This document shows positions 20,993 through 31,562 of a DNA stretch of 64,000 nt, in pieces. The position numbers and the translations under genes were made by a program. The first letter of the stretch is position 1. Every line of letters begins with the position of its first letter. Source of the stretch: Candidatus Saccharimonadia bacterium (GTDB taxonomy: Bacteria; Patescibacteriota; Saccharimonadia; UBA4664); NCBI GenBank assembly GCA_036488585.1, contig DASXHH010000005.1, positions 7,147-71,146 on the forward strand. Reading direction: 5' to 3'. The notes beneath the pieces are model-generated. The model ran no database searches, had not been told where the DNA came from, and was given only the letters and a program-made list of their open reading frames with translations.

Positions 20993-21979
20993 TTATGAAC
21001 GGCGCTCGGCCACCCCGGTAATCAAGCCTGTTAGCACTGAGTACAATTTTTGCTCAGACTCAGGAGCAAGAACATGATTATTGTGGTAATAATTTAGGCT
21101 CGCCACCCCCTGTACCAAGCGCACCAAGTCCCACGCCACCAGGTCATCCTCGCTGCCCAGGTAGCCGGCCGCGGCCAGCTCTCGCTCAAACTCCGCTCGG
21201 TAATCATCACGGTCAAAAAATCGCACCCACAGCCGACTAAAGTCATGCAGCCGGTGCCCCCACGACGACGATTCCCAGTCAATAAATCCGATCCGGCCGT
21301 GCTCCAAGAACACATGCGAGGCATATGGCTCATTGTGGGCGATCACTCGCTCACTGCGCCACAGCACCGGCTCGTGTGCGTCCATCCACGGCCCTACCCG
21401 CCCGGCCAGCTGCTGCACTGCCGGATGGCTCCACTCGCCGCCGAGTGCCGCCACAAGCAACCGCACATGCTCAGTGCGCGGGTACCACAACCGCAAATGT
21501 CGCGCCAGTCGCTCGGTCACCAACGGTGTCAGCTCATGCAGGCTCCGAAAATACGCCACTACCTTCGCCGGCGGCACCTGCTCGTAAAACTTGGCCGGAA
21601 ACACAAACGGCGCCTCTGCCCCCGCCATCGGCGCGCCCTGCATTAGCTCCCGGATGTACCAGACGCTGCCCGGCTCCGTGCCGTGGTTCAAAAGTAACGG
21701 TACGTTGCCCGCCACCCGCTGACGATGCTCGCTCAAAAACTCAAGCAGCGCCGTCTCTTTCAACACGTCGTTGTACAACCCCGGGTGCCACGTGCCAGTG
21801 TCCTCGGGCGCGATGGGGTTGTCGGCGTGCGGCACCATCATCTTAAATAGCGCCGGCCGACTCCGGTACTCAGTGCTCGCCACCACATACCGCGGCCCAT
21901 CCTCCAACAACTGGCTCACCTGTAGCCCGAGCTTACGCATCGTTTGGCCCACTTCGGGATAATTGCTTTCCAGTTTCAC
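20993..21979 (-). CDS. APH/choline-kinase-like phosphotransferase
   Basis: ALFK lysine; IAHNE..ASHVF variant of the catalytic loop; IDWE; HDFSRL. Confidence 0.7.
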   Translation of the reverse strand: MKLESNYPEVGQTMRKLGLQVSQLLEDGPRYVVASTEYRSRPALFKMMVPHADNPIAPEDTGTWHPGLYNDVLKETALLEFLSEHRQRVAGNVPLLLNHGTEPGSVWYIRELMQGAPMAGAEAPFVFPAKFYEQVPPAKVVAYFRSLHELTPLVTERLARHLRLWYPRTEHVRLLVAALGGEWSHPAVQQLAGRVGPWMDAHEPVLWRSERVIAHNEPYASHVFLEHGRIGFIDWESSSWGHRLHDFSRLWVRFFDRDDYRAEFERELAAAGYLGSEDDLVAWDLVRLVQGVASLNYYHNNHVLAPESEQKLYSVLTGLITGVAERRS

Positions 21980-21988
21980 AGGTCGTTC

Positions 21989-23458
21989 CTAGTTGCTCCG
22001 CTGCTCCAGCTGGCCGCCACGAATGCGATTGTAACGGGCTTTGTACTGCGCAATCGTGTCCTCTATCTCTTCGTGTGGCAACCTCTGCCGTATCAGGTCC
22101 ACTGCGTGCACGGCGTCGTACATATCGAGCTTCTGCTCTAATTTATTCACCGCATCCCGCCACAAAATGGCCTCCTCATAACTGCCCCGCTCGGCCGCCC
22201 GCTTCTCCTCATGCCGCATCATGTCCACAAATGCCTCCCAGGTACCTCGGTCGCCGGCCTCGAGTGTCCTCTCCTTAAATGGGATGCGCGGCCGTTCCTG
22301 CGGGCTGTCGATTTTACCGCTGCGCTGCCAGTCGTAGGCTAGCTCCATAATCTCCCGGTATAGCGCCAACCCGCGCTGCGCCGCCCCCGTCTCGGCGCCT
22401 GGCACTTCCTGTATGATCGTCAGCAAATCGTGCGCCCCCCGTTCGATATATTCGATCATCCACCACGGTTTGCCGGCCGCCCAATAAAACTGATCCGACG
22501 CCACCGCCGGATCCAACCGTTGGCGTAGTCGCCGGTAGACCGCCTCGTCGTGCGGCAATGCGTCCACCTGCTCAACTGCTAGTCTCAACAGCTCCCACTG
22601 CAACTGGTGAATGCGGTTGTGAGGATCGTCCCATGAAATAAACTGGATGCCCTTGGCAATGTCGTCCTCGCTCGATGCCCAAGTGCAGGCCGTGGTTTTA
22701 AGTGCCTCGCCAGGCGGAAACTTATCAAACACCTCGCTCATTTTCACCGCGCCAATCTCGGGGTCCGACAGCATCTCAAACAGCGCCCGGTCGTGGCCTG
22801 CTCGGTGGTGGCCAAACACTTCGCCGTCCATCGCCGTGACCACGTACCGGCCCGGCACCAGTTCCTCCTTGGCCTCCGCTTTCAGGTGCGCTGCGTCCCG
22901 CGAAATCCAGGCCAGCATCGTACTCAAACGGTGCTCACGGAACACTGCCTTCAGACTGCTGCCGGTCACCGTGTAGGTCTGCTGCCAGTCCACGCCGCCT
23001 TTGCTCCCTCGGGCCGCCAGCTCGTCCAGAACCACCCATTCAAAGCCCAGCTCCTCGAGCATCGGCGCCAACTTCGGATCCCAAGCCATTTCCGGCAAGA
23101 ATACTCCGCGCGGCTTAAAATCGCTGCCAAAATATTTGCGGTTGGTTTTAGTGTTCTCTTCCACCTGGCGCCGGGCCTCATCTAGGGGCAGCAGCGGCAA
23201 AATCGCGTGGTATTTGCCCGAGCCCACTAGCTCCACCTGCCCGCGTCGTACCAAGTCCGTGTACATATCAATCACGTCCCCGTGTCCAGCCTGGTCCAGC
23301 TGCTCCAGCAGAACACCCGTAAAGTTAATCGTTACACGGGCGTCCCGGTTTGCCAGCAAGCCCTCAGCCACTGGCCGGTAGCATTGTGCCGTAATCATGT
23401 CGATAATCTGCCGCTTCTGGCCGTGCGGTTGATAAAAATGTAGTAAGTTAGCCCACAT
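21989..23458 (-). CDS. Glycoside hydrolase family 57 protein
   Basis: HFYQP, ELVGSGKYHAILPL, LPEMA and AMDGEVFGHH motifs. Confidence 0.88.
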   Translation of the reverse strand: MWANLLHFYQPHGQKRQIIDMITAQCYRPVAEGLLANRDARVTINFTGVLLEQLDQAGHGDVIDMYTDLVRRGQVELVGSGKYHAILPLLPLDEARRQVEENTKTNRKYFGSDFKPRGVFLPEMAWDPKLAPMLEELGFEWVVLDELAARGSKGGVDWQQTYTVTGSSLKAVFREHRLSTMLAWISRDAAHLKAEAKEELVPGRYVVTAMDGEVFGHHRAGHDRALFEMLSDPEIGAVKMSEVFDKFPPGEALKTTACTWASSEDDIAKGIQFISWDDPHNRIHQLQWELLRLAVEQVDALPHDEAVYRRLRQRLDPAVASDQFYWAAGKPWWMIEYIERGAHDLLTIIQEVPGAETGAAQRGLALYREIMELAYDWQRSGKIDSPQERPRIPFKERTLEAGDRGTWEAFVDMMRHEEKRAAERGSYEEAILWRDAVNKLEQKLDMYDAVHAVDLIRQRLPHEEIEDTIAQYKARYNRIRGGQLEQRSN

Positions 23459-23584
23459 AGATCTTTGCCTCTAAGGATAAATGAGCGCACTTCAAGGAAA
23501 AGCTAACACCGTAAACGATGCGTATTGACTCGTACGATGAGTGCGAAGCGCAAGCTACGAAATGTGCCATTTATGCAATTCCCC

Positions 23585-25066
23585 CTACCATTTTTTCGGT
23601 AATGCCCAGGTCAAACCCCTATGCTCTTTGCAGGCTGCCTTGTAAATCCGCACGTACTTCTTGGCCGGAATCTCCCACGAGTAGGACAGTGCCATGGCAT
23701 GCACCATCAGGCTCCACCACCGGTCCTTCTCCTCCCATAGTTCGAGCGCCCGGTCAATGGCCTCCTCCAGAGCCTCGCCCGTGTACTCGTCAAACACGAA
23801 GCCGTTGCCGGTACGGTTGCTCTCGTTGTAATCGAAAATCGTGTCTGCCAGCCCGCCCGTCCGCCGCACCACCGGGATCGTGCCGTAGCGCAGACTCACC
23901 ATCTGTCCCAAGCCACTGGGCTCAAACAGGCTCGGCATCAGAAAAATATCCGACCCGGCGTACACCAGCGTACCCAGTTCATCCACCGCCACCTGTCCCT
24001 CACGGAACGCCACCTGTTTCGGATATTGCTTGGCCTTGGCGCGTAGGATTTCCGCGTATTCCTGTGAGCCCGCGCCCACCACCACCAGCTGCACGCCCTT
24101 TTTCATTAGATCGTCAAAAATCTTAAACAGCAGGCTAAAACCCTTCTGCTCCACCACTCGGGCGTTCATGCCCAGTACCGGCACATCGTCGTTGATTGGC
24201 AGTTTCATGCGATGTTGCAATGCCCGCTTATTGTCATACTTGCGGTGCATAATCTCGATGTCATAGTTCACCGGCAGCTTCTCGTCGAACATCGGATTCC
24301 ATACGTTATAATCCACTCCGTTGCGGATGCCGAAAAAGGTTCGTGGCCGCGGCGACAACACATCGTACAGCCCGTGGCTGGACTCGCGTATCATTAGCTC
24401 TTTAGCATAATTCTCGCTCACGGTCGTCACGATATCCGCTCCCACGATGCCACGTTTGAGGAAGTTTATGTTCTGCACCTTCGATAGATCCGTGGGCGGC
24501 AACCCCGAGCCGTCATCACGCTCCTCGTCCGGGATGTGCCATTGGTTGGCAATAGCCACGTAAGCCGAATTGTGAATCGTTTCAACTGTCGCGATCCCCG
24601 CAAACGGTGAGCTGGACGGCAGGTGGCGGATAATGTTGGGGATCAACCCGGCGTGCCAGTCGTGCACGTGGATAACATCTGGCACCCAGTCCAGCGTTTC
24701 GAGCAACCTAAACGCGCTCAGGTTAAACGCGTAAAACGGCAGATTACCGCTCCCCTCGTCGTAGATGCTACGGGTGCCGTATGGGAAATATTTTTCACTC
24801 TCCAGGAAGTAAATCGGCACCTCCTGGGCCAAAATACTGGCCTTGAAGTTAATAGGGGAGCGCTCACCTCCCACGCTTAGCTGCAACGTCTTGCCGATCG
24901 GTACAAACGCGAATTGCTGCCGGTCGATGGCGCCGTACAGTGGCATGAACACGCGCACGTCGTGGCCTAGCCGGTGCACCGCCTTGGGCAGTGCCGCCAT
25001 CACTTCGCCCAAACCGCCAGTCTTGGCGTAAGGCGCAACCTCGCCAGCAATCATGAGTATATTCAT
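23585..25066 (-). CDS. glgA: Glycogen synthase (GT5)
   Basis: KTGGLG, HVHDWH, TIHN, PSLFEPSGLGQM and RTGGLAD motifs. Confidence 0.93.
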   Translation of the reverse strand: MNILMIAGEVAPYAKTGGLGEVMAALPKAVHRLGHDVRVFMPLYGAIDRQQFAFVPIGKTLQLSVGGERSPINFKASILAQEVPIYFLESEKYFPYGTRSIYDEGSGNLPFYAFNLSAFRLLETLDWVPDVIHVHDWHAGLIPNIIRHLPSSSPFAGIATVETIHNSAYVAIANQWHIPDEERDDGSGLPPTDLSKVQNINFLKRGIVGADIVTTVSENYAKELMIRESSHGLYDVLSPRPRTFFGIRNGVDYNVWNPMFDEKLPVNYDIEIMHRKYDNKRALQHRMKLPINDDVPVLGMNARVVEQKGFSLLFKIFDDLMKKGVQLVVVGAGSQEYAEILRAKAKQYPKQVAFREGQVAVDELGTLVYAGSDIFLMPSLFEPSGLGQMVSLRYGTIPVVRRTGGLADTIFDYNESNRTGNGFVFDEYTGEALEEAIDRALELWEEKDRWWSLMVHAMALSYSWEIPAKKYVRIYKAACKEHRGLTWALPKKW

Positions 25067-25123
25067 AGTTATCCACATTATATTCCGCCGGGGTTCTATC
25101 TGTCGAACGTGTACAATAAGCCC

Positions 25124-25684
25124 ATGATTGCAAGCCTTACCGGAACTATCGCCGAAAAACTGCCCGACAGCCTGATTCTGGAGGTGGGGGGAGTGGGCTA
25201 CGAGCTATTCGTCACTACCGACGAATGGGGCGGGGCGGGGCTCGGCTCCGAGGCTAAATTCTACGTGCACGAGCAGGTGCGCGAAGACGCCTTCAACCTC
25301 TACGGTTTTACCGCGCTCGCCTCCAAACAACTGTTCACGCGGCTCATCGGAGTAAACAGCGTCGGGCCGAAGCTGGCCATGCAAATCCTCAGCTCGGCCG
25401 GCGAGTCCCGCCTGCGCCAGGCCATCGCGTCCGGCGACCCGGCCCTGCTCAAAGGCATCACTGGCGTCGGCCCCAAGACCGCCCAGCGCGTCATCCTCGA
25501 CCTGCGCGGCAAAGTCGAGGAGGGGAGTACTGGCCTGGCTCCGGTTGCCGACTCCACCTACCAGGCCCTCGTCGCACTTGGCTACACACCCGCCCAGGCC
25601 ACCCAAGCTGTGGCCGCCCTCCCCGCCGATGTCACCGACGAGCAAGCCCGCCTCAAACTCGCCCTCAAGGGAGTAGGGGAGTAA
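25124..25684 (+). CDS. ruvA: Holliday junction branch migration protein RuvA
   Basis: MIASLTG, GVGYEL, VREDAFNLYGF and HhH motifs. Confidence 0.95.
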   Translation: MIASLTGTIAEKLPDSLILEVGGVGYELFVTTDEWGGAGLGSEAKFYVHEQVREDAFNLYGFTALASKQLFTRLIGVNSVGPKLAMQILSSAGESRLRQAIASGDPALLKGITGVGPKTAQRVILDLRGKVEEGSTGLAPVADSTYQALVALGYTPAQATQAVAALPADVTDEQARLKLALKGVGE

Positions 25685-25753
25685 CCACCCAGCCAGTCCC
25701 CCGGCTGCTCACATCGGCAGCCTGGTGGAGGCGTACTCATGTACAATACAGAT

Positions 25754-26779
25754 ATGGCTATCGAGCGCATCGTCAATCCCGAAACTGCCCCCGACCCTCA
25801 GGAAGCGGCCGAGGAGCAGGCGCTAGTTGAAACGCTGCGTCCCCGCACGTTCGACACCTATATTGGCCAGCCACTCCTCAAGCAAAACCTGCAGCTGGCC
25901 ATTGCCGCCGCCAAAGTCCGCTCAGAGCCCGTCGACCACGTGCTTCTCTATGGCCCGCCCGGCCTGGGCAAGACCACCATGGCCGGAATCATCGCGCACG
26001 AGCTCGGCGCCAACATCCGCATCACCTCCGGCCCGGCCATTGAGCGGGCAGGGGACCTGGCCAGCCTCCTCACCAACCTGGTGGATGGTGATGTACTGTT
26101 CATCGACGAAATTCACCGCCTGCCCAAGACAGTTGAGGAGGTGCTGTACCCGGCCATGGAAGACTTCGGCCTCGACGTGATGCTCGGCAAAGGCCCCTCC
26201 GCCAAATCCATTCGCCTCGACTTGCCCAAATTCACCATCATTGGCGCTACCACCCGGGCCGGCGCTCTGTCGGCGCCGCTCCGCGATCGCTTTGGCCACG
26301 TCCACCGGCTCGAGTTCTACTCGCCCGACGAGATGATCCAGATCATCGAACGGGCCGCCGGCATTCTGGGCGTCACGCTCGACCGTCCCGCCGCCACCGA
26401 AATTGCTGCCCGCAGCCGCCTCACACCCCGCATTGCTAACCGTCTGCTCAAGCGGGTGCGTGATTATGCCCAGGTCAAAAGCGTTGACACAATTACATCA
26501 CGCCACGCCAAAGAGGCGCTTCACCTCCTGGAAATAGACGAACTCGGCCTCGATACCTCCGACCGCCGCCTGTTGTCGGCCATAATTGAGCACTACAACG
26601 GAGGTCCCGTAGGCCTTACAACACTCGCTGCCATCTGCGCCGAAGAGCCGGCCACCATCGAGGACGTCTACGAGCCTTACCTCATGCAGATTGGCATGCT
26701 CGAGCGCACCTCTCGTGGTCGCCGCGCCACCCCTAAGGCCTACTCGCATCTCGGGCTCACGCCGCCCCCGGCCGCGTAA
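25754..26779 (+). CDS. ruvB: Holliday junction branch migration helicase RuvB
   Basis: [23 protein letters not shown] and TPRIANRLL motifs. Confidence 0.97.
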   Translation: MAIERIVNPETAPDPQEAAEEQALVETLRPRTFDTYIGQPLLKQNLQLAIAAAKVRSEPVDHVLLYGPPGLGKTTMAGIIAHELGANIRITSGPAIERAGDLASLLTNLVDGDVLFIDEIHRLPKTVEEVLYPAMEDFGLDVMLGKGPSAKSIRLDLPKFTIIGATTRAGALSAPLRDRFGHVHRLEFYSPDEMIQIIERAAGILGVTLDRPAATEIAARSRLTPRIANRLLKRVRDYAQVKSVDTITSRHAKEALHLLEIDELGLDTSDRRLLSAIIEHYNGGPVGLTTLAAICAEEPATIEDVYEPYLMQIGMLERTSRGRRATPKAYSHLGLTPPPAA

Positions 26780-26797
26780 TCGGTTACAATTATCACC

Positions 26798-27406
26798 ATG
26801 AGTAACCCTACGCACGGCCAAATCACCGCTCTCATTACCGAGGTGTTACTGCCCTTCCATCAAATTCAGCGCGACAATGAGCTCCCCACTACTCCCCTAC
26901 GTCCCGAAAACGACGTTGAGCATTCCTGGTCAGTGGCTGTACTGGCCTGCAGTTTGGCTCCCCAGATCGACCCCGTACTTAACATCGGCAAAATTGCCCA
27001 ATTCGCCATAGTTCACGATCTCGTTGAGCTCTTCTCTGGCGATACCTCCATCTTCGCCCCGCCAGAGCAACTGGCCACCAAGGCTGCCCGCGAACACGCC
27101 GCCCTCCAGAGAATTCGCCGCGATTACGCCGCCTTTCCCTGGTTAGCTGATACCATCACCGAGTACGAGGCCAAACTTACCCCCGAAGCCAAGTTCGTCT
27201 CGGCCGTCGACAAATACATAGCGCTCCAGTACGATTACCTGGACCAAGCTGCCTACCTCAGGCGCCGGGGCGTTACTAAGTCCCAATATCACCAGTGCAT
27301 CGCCAAGCCCAAGCAAAAGGGACACCTCAACCCTGCTATCGGCGAGTATTATGATCAGGTCCTGGCCTTGCTCGATGCCCATCCGGAGTATTTCTACCAA
27401 GCATGA
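26798..27406 (+). CDS. HD-domain phosphohydrolase (YfbR/HDDC2-like)
   Basis: ENDVEHSW, VHDLVE..GD and EAKFVSAVDK motifs. Confidence 0.8.
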   Translation: MSNPTHGQITALITEVLLPFHQIQRDNELPTTPLRPENDVEHSWSVAVLACSLAPQIDPVLNIGKIAQFAIVHDLVELFSGDTSIFAPPEQLATKAAREHAALQRIRRDYAAFPWLADTITEYEAKLTPEAKFVSAVDKYIALQYDYLDQAAYLRRRGVTKSQYHQCIAKPKQKGHLNPAIGEYYDQVLALLDAHPEYFYQA

Positions 27407-27615
27407 ACCAACTCGCCCGCGTCACCATCCCCAAATCCGAACTCCGTGCCCAGCTAGACGAGGCCGAGGCCATTAAGCGTAAAATGGCCGCCATGCTGCT
27501 CGAGCTCGAGACCAAAACCACCGGCCAGCCTGCCACCAAATCAGGCTCCTGGCGCCACGACCCCATCGGCTGGCTCCAGCGCCACGGCCTGCCGCGCTCT
27601 AATCCAGACCGCTAA
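27403..27615 (+). CDS. Hypothetical protein (70 aa)
   Basis: ATGA overlap with the HD gene; host-like codons. Confidence 0.5.
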   Translation: MNQLARVTIPKSELRAQLDEAEAIKRKMAAMLLELETKTTGQPATKSGSWRHDPIGWLQRHGLPRSNPDR

Positions 27616-27899
27616 AACGGGTTTCCGTTGCCAAGGTTGAGCGGCACGTCGCCGTTCACCACAGTTCGCTTACTCAGGGAATCAATCGCGTCCTGATAGA
27701 ATGTCACTTTGGGCAGAGATTTAATGACAGTCTGGGTATTAGCCGGCTGCACATTTATGGCCTGGTTGAGTACATAGGCCGTGTAGCCAAATACCCCAAC
27801 CAGTAGCACTCCGTATATGTAGGGCTGGGCCTTCTTCAATCCCGGCCAAAGTGCCCGCAAAGTTTCAGCATTTAGTTCTAGTTTCATATTCGTATTCAT
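27612..27899 (-). CDS. Small single-TM protein at the PilP position of the pilMNO operon
   Basis: Coupled to pilO; one TM; ends in NPF. Confidence 0.6.
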   Translation of the reverse strand: MNTNMKLELNAETLRALWPGLKKAQPYIYGVLLVGVFGYTAYVLNQAINVQPANTQTVIKSLPKVTFYQDAIDSLSKRTVVNGDVPLNLGNGNPF

Positions 27900-28444
27900 G
27901 GCTTTATGTAAGCATTAAGTGTAAACGTGTATTCCGCACCTGGCGTCTTACGCTGCACCACCAGGGTTGTAATGTTGGTAAAACGGTTGAGATCTTCAAG
28001 CTGTGAAGTAAAATTTTCGAGCTGAGTGTAAGTTCCATCAATGTGAAAGTTTATCGGCAAAGCCAGTACCTGGCCCGCCTGGATGGTTTGAGAAACGCCC
28101 GATGGCAGCCCAGTTGGCCCCGGCATGGTCACAGCCGTCAAAGTCATGCCGTTGTTGGCAGCAATTCTTTCGATCTGCGCCAATATTTCGGTCTGCTTCT
28201 TGTCCCTCGGCAGCGCTTCGTCGATCAGGGCCAGGATCGGGACAATATCCTTGTTGTATTTGTTGTCTAGTTTTTGCAACGAACTAATCTGATCATCGGC
28301 TACCTTTTGCTCTGCCAACTGGGCTGCCAGGTCCTGCGATTTCGATTGCACGAATTTAAGCCCAAAATAGTAGCCCACACCACCCAGTCCGAGCACCGCA
28401 ATAAAAATCCCCAGCATTACGAAGAAGAAGATCTTAGGCTTCAT
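27896..28444 (-). CDS. pilO: Type IV pilus assembly protein PilO
   Basis: TM + coiled coil + ALP...GTY..LE.L.R pattern; follows pilMN. Confidence 0.8.
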   Translation of the reverse strand: MKPKIFFFVMLGIFIAVLGLGGVGYYFGLKFVQSKSQDLAAQLAEQKVADDQISSLQKLDNKYNKDIVPILALIDEALPRDKKQTEILAQIERIAANNGMTLTAVTMPGPTGLPSGVSQTIQAGQVLALPINFHIDGTYTQLENFTSQLEDLNRFTNITTLVVQRKTPGAEYTFTLNAYIKP

Positions 28445-28989
28445 TTCGATTGCCCCGGCTTAAAGCCAATTGCCAGCGTGCCACCCCAGGGCGCGCCCGA
28501 TCCTGGGCTCGTAATATTTACGATGTCTGCTGCTGAAATCCTAGGCGAGACGACCAGAGAGTTGCGCAGAGCTAGGATGTCGTCGTATTTTTCCGCGCTT
28601 ACCTGCAGTGTCACGGGGGCCTGGTCGTTACCAGTCAGCGAAATGCCGTCTAGTTTCACCCCCTGCGGTATCACCTTCACCAAATCCGCAATTAACAACG
28701 AGAATCTCGTCTGGGTATCCTGAACATACTTAATGGCGTTTAGACGCTGGCTGGCGTCCTGGGCTTTTGGCAGCAGCGCGCTGCTCTGGGCGTTGATATC
28801 TTGCTCTTTCGATGCCACATCCGCCGCCACCGCGTTGGTTTGCTGCTGAATCAGGTAGTACGCTCCCCCGAATATACCTCCCAGTACCCCAACCACCACT
28901 ATCGTCACCCATACGTACTTCAGCACGAGCCGGTTCATCTTGGCGTAGCGAATCTGCTCTTTCATGTCGGGCGGCATCAGGTTGATCAC
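28441..28989 (-). CDS. pilN: Type IV pilus assembly protein PilN
   Basis: N-terminal INLMP PilM-binding motif and a TM. Confidence 0.8.
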   Translation of the reverse strand: MINLMPPDMKEQIRYAKMNRLVLKYVWVTIVVVGVLGGIFGGAYYLIQQQTNAVAADVASKEQDINAQSSALLPKAQDASQRLNAIKYVQDTQTRFSLLIADLVKVIPQGVKLDGISLTGNDQAPVTLQVSAEKYDDILALRNSLVVSPRISAADIVNITSPGSGAPWGGTLAIGFKPGQSK

Positions 28990-30041
28990 AGCTTGCCCTC
29001 CAGCCGCGCCAGCCCAATGGCGGTGGTATACATCGGTGCGTCAAACTTACTCACCTTGTGCACGTTTTTCGGGATTGCCAACCCGGCCCATGGATCAGCC
29101 ACGATCACCGGCACGCTAATCTCGGCTGCCATGTACTCCAAAAATCCCGGCATACTGGCGCTACCGCCTCCTACGATAATAGTCTCGATTTTGCTCTTGT
29201 TGGGGCTACGGTCCTGATAAAATTTCATCACTTTGCGCATCTCGTCACACATACGCTTGAGCGGCGCGCCCAGGCTGGCCACCACCTTTGGCTGCAGCCC
29301 CGATGGTCCCAGCCCAAACTTGTATTTGATCTCGTTGGCCTGCTCGGGCTTGAGCCCCAGGTCCTTCACGAGTTGCTGCGTCAAGGTGTCGCCGCCCAGC
29401 GGGATCGTGTTGGTGAGCCGGATCACCTTGTCGTGCACGGTTAGGTCGATGGAGGAGGAGCCGATGTCGGCCACCAGTGTCGGCTTATCCATCGGCGTCG
29501 ATGACACGATTGCCCGGGTCGCCGCGCTCAAGCTCGAGTCGATCATCGCTACCTCGAAGCCCATTAGGTCAAACAGTTTAATGTAACTGTCCACGATCGC
29601 TCGTGGCGCCGCGACCATCAGTACCTCGTTGCGCTCGGTAGTGTTCTCGATCACTTCGTAGTCGATGTACAGGTCGGGCATTGGCACGGGGATATACTGC
29701 TCGGCCTCCAAATGCACTGCCTGCGCCAGGTCTGTCGACGACATGGGCGGCAGGTCGAGCATGCGTGTAAACACTTTGCTCACCGGCAACGCCGCCGCCA
29801 CCCGCGTCGATGTAATCTTTCCGAAGCTCATGTTCTTAAGCAACGGTTTCATAGCGCCCGCAATCTCCTGCGGGTCTACAATAATGCCTTCCACGATGGA
29901 GTCTTCCGGGAAATTGGCGTAACCGTATCCCATCACCTCCATCTGTTTGCCGGGCGGCTTCAGCTGGATCATTTTGGCCGTGCGCGTACCTAAATCAAAC
30001 CCAAATACAGGCCGGTCTTTGTATACCAGCGGTACACGCAT
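28986..30041 (-). CDS. pilM: Type IV pilus assembly protein PilM
   Basis: Actin-like GFDLG, EAEQYIP, DIG, GGG and AIGLA motifs. Confidence 0.9.
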   Translation of the reverse strand: MRVPLVYKDRPVFGFDLGTRTAKMIQLKPPGKQMEVMGYGYANFPEDSIVEGIIVDPQEIAGAMKPLLKNMSFGKITSTRVAAALPVSKVFTRMLDLPPMSSTDLAQAVHLEAEQYIPVPMPDLYIDYEVIENTTERNEVLMVAAPRAIVDSYIKLFDLMGFEVAMIDSSLSAATRAIVSSTPMDKPTLVADIGSSSIDLTVHDKVIRLTNTIPLGGDTLTQQLVKDLGLKPEQANEIKYKFGLGPSGLQPKVVASLGAPLKRMCDEMRKVMKFYQDRSPNKSKIETIIVGGGSASMPGFLEYMAAEISVPVIVADPWAGLAIPKNVHKVSKFDAPMYTTAIGLARLEGKL

Positions 30042-30095
30042 GGTTAGCTAAAATCCCTCCATTGCCCATATTGTATCAAAACGGTTATGGCTATA

Positions 30096-31562
30096 CTACC
30101 AGGTGGCGAACTGGTAGTTGCTCACGTTGTAGGAGTAGTTTCCGGTCACAACTGTGCTCGTAAATACTAAATTGCCAGACTGCGACAAGTTAATGGTCTG
30201 CCCCAGCAGCGCGCCCAGCGTACCAGCCTGCCCCAGCGTCACCTGAGTGTACTTGGCGTAAAATACCGATCCCGGCGCGGCTCCTTGGTTGCCAATGCTT
30301 ACGGTTTGCACGGTCTGTGAATTATAGAGACTGGAGCCGCTCAGACTGTCGCAGTATGTTGCGCTAGTGGTCCCTGTGGTACAACTACTTGTCGAGTAGA
30401 AGGTAATAAACTCCATACCGATCTGGCTGGAGTTTGTCGCCACACTAGCCGTTTGGCTTGTGGTTACCCCGGTCGAGCCATCGACCATAATCGTCGGCTG
30501 GGTGGTGATGCCGCTCGCCACTTTTATAATCGCTGAGTTGCGCATAGTGAAGTTGCCGGTAATCCATGCGTTGCCACTCACGATCACGGTGCATTTATTA
30601 GAAATAACCACATCGCCTGTAATCTTCACATTTGCCGGCCAAGTCACTGTTCCGCTGTTCGTCGTGCATGTCGCCGCCGATGGCGTGATGGTACTGGCTA
30701 CAGCGCCCACCTGTGACACCCGGTCGTAGCCTGGCAGAGTGGGCGCTATCACGCCGCTGGTGGACTGGACTCCTGGGTTAGTTATCTTGGTGGCATAAAA
30801 ATTGGTCTGGTCGTTCGAGCTCACGTTGCCGTAAATGTGCGCCTGCGCACCGCTCATGGTAATGGGGTTGGGGTCGACGCCGGTATTGCAAACCGTTGGG
30901 TAGGTGCCCGCGCCCCCGATTCCGCCGCCGCTTCCACAGCGCGCGTTGGCCACGCTCACCGATATCGGCGTCGATGCCGTGCCGATGCTCGAAGAGTTGT
31001 TTAGGGTCAAGTACCCGCCGATGTACACCGGCCCCTGCGAAATGTTGGACGAGTTGTTCATTACCAAGCCACCAGGTCCAGTCTGTACCGCGTACGAACC
31101 GGCTGGGCTGCCCTCCACGGTCACCTTTAGCTTGTGGGTGGAGATCGGATTGGTGTCGCTGGGCGTACGGTACACCTTGCCTGCCACGTAGACGATAAGT
31201 TCGTGCTGGATGCTACCCGCCTTCACGCAGATCTGGTAGGTGCCCTTGCCCTTCACACTATCACTGAATGTCTGCACGGCGCCGCTGCTGTCGGTCATAG
31301 GGCAGGCAGCGGTGCCAGTGCCCGTATAGGTGCCGTTCGTGGCGTTAAGCTGGAACACTGCGTTATCCACGCCCGTCTCCGCTACATACAGCGCTTGAGT
31401 ATCAAAAAACGTCCGCTTGGCCGACGCCAGGCTCACCAGGCTCAGTGACAAAATTCCGCTCAAGGTTATAAACAGCGTTATGCATGTCACCAGCACCAGC
31501 AATAGCACGTAACCGCTGTCACCTTGATCTCGTAATGGCTGCCACAATCGCTTCAACATCAT
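30096..31562 (-). CDS. PilX-like minor pilin/tip protein with beta-rich C-terminus
   Basis: G-YVLLLVL N-terminal helix, ALYVAETG, Ser/Thr/Gly/Cys-rich domain. Confidence 0.7.
   Translation of the reverse strand: MMLKRLWQPLRDQGDSGYVLLLVLVTCITLFITLSGILSLSLVSLASAKRTFFDTQALYVAETGVDNAVFQLNATNGTYTGTGTAACPMTDSSGAVQTFSDSVKGKGTYQICVKAGSIQHELIVYVAGKVYRTPSDTNPISTHKLKVTVEGSPAGSYAVQTGPGGLVMNNSSNISQGPVYIGGYLTLNNSSSIGTASTPISVSVANARCGSGGGIGGAGTYPTVCNTGVDPNPITMSGAQAHIYGNVSSNDQTNFYATKITNPGVQSTSGVIAPTLPGYDRVSQVGAVASTITPSAATCTTNSGTVTWPANVKITGDVVISNKCTVIVSGNAWITGNFTMRNSAIIKVASGITTQPTIMVDGSTGVTTSQTASVATNSSQIGMEFITFYSTSSCTTGTTSATYCDSLSGSSLYNSQTVQTVSIGNQGAAPGSVFYAKYTQVTLGQAGTLGALLGQTINLSQSGNLVFTSTVVTGNYSYNVSNYQFATW

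Noticed and set aside
25684-25732. Hairpin between ruvA and ruvB sharing GCTCACATCG with 42960-42969
   Set aside because: A 10-bp match with different flanking structure is not enough to define a repeat family.
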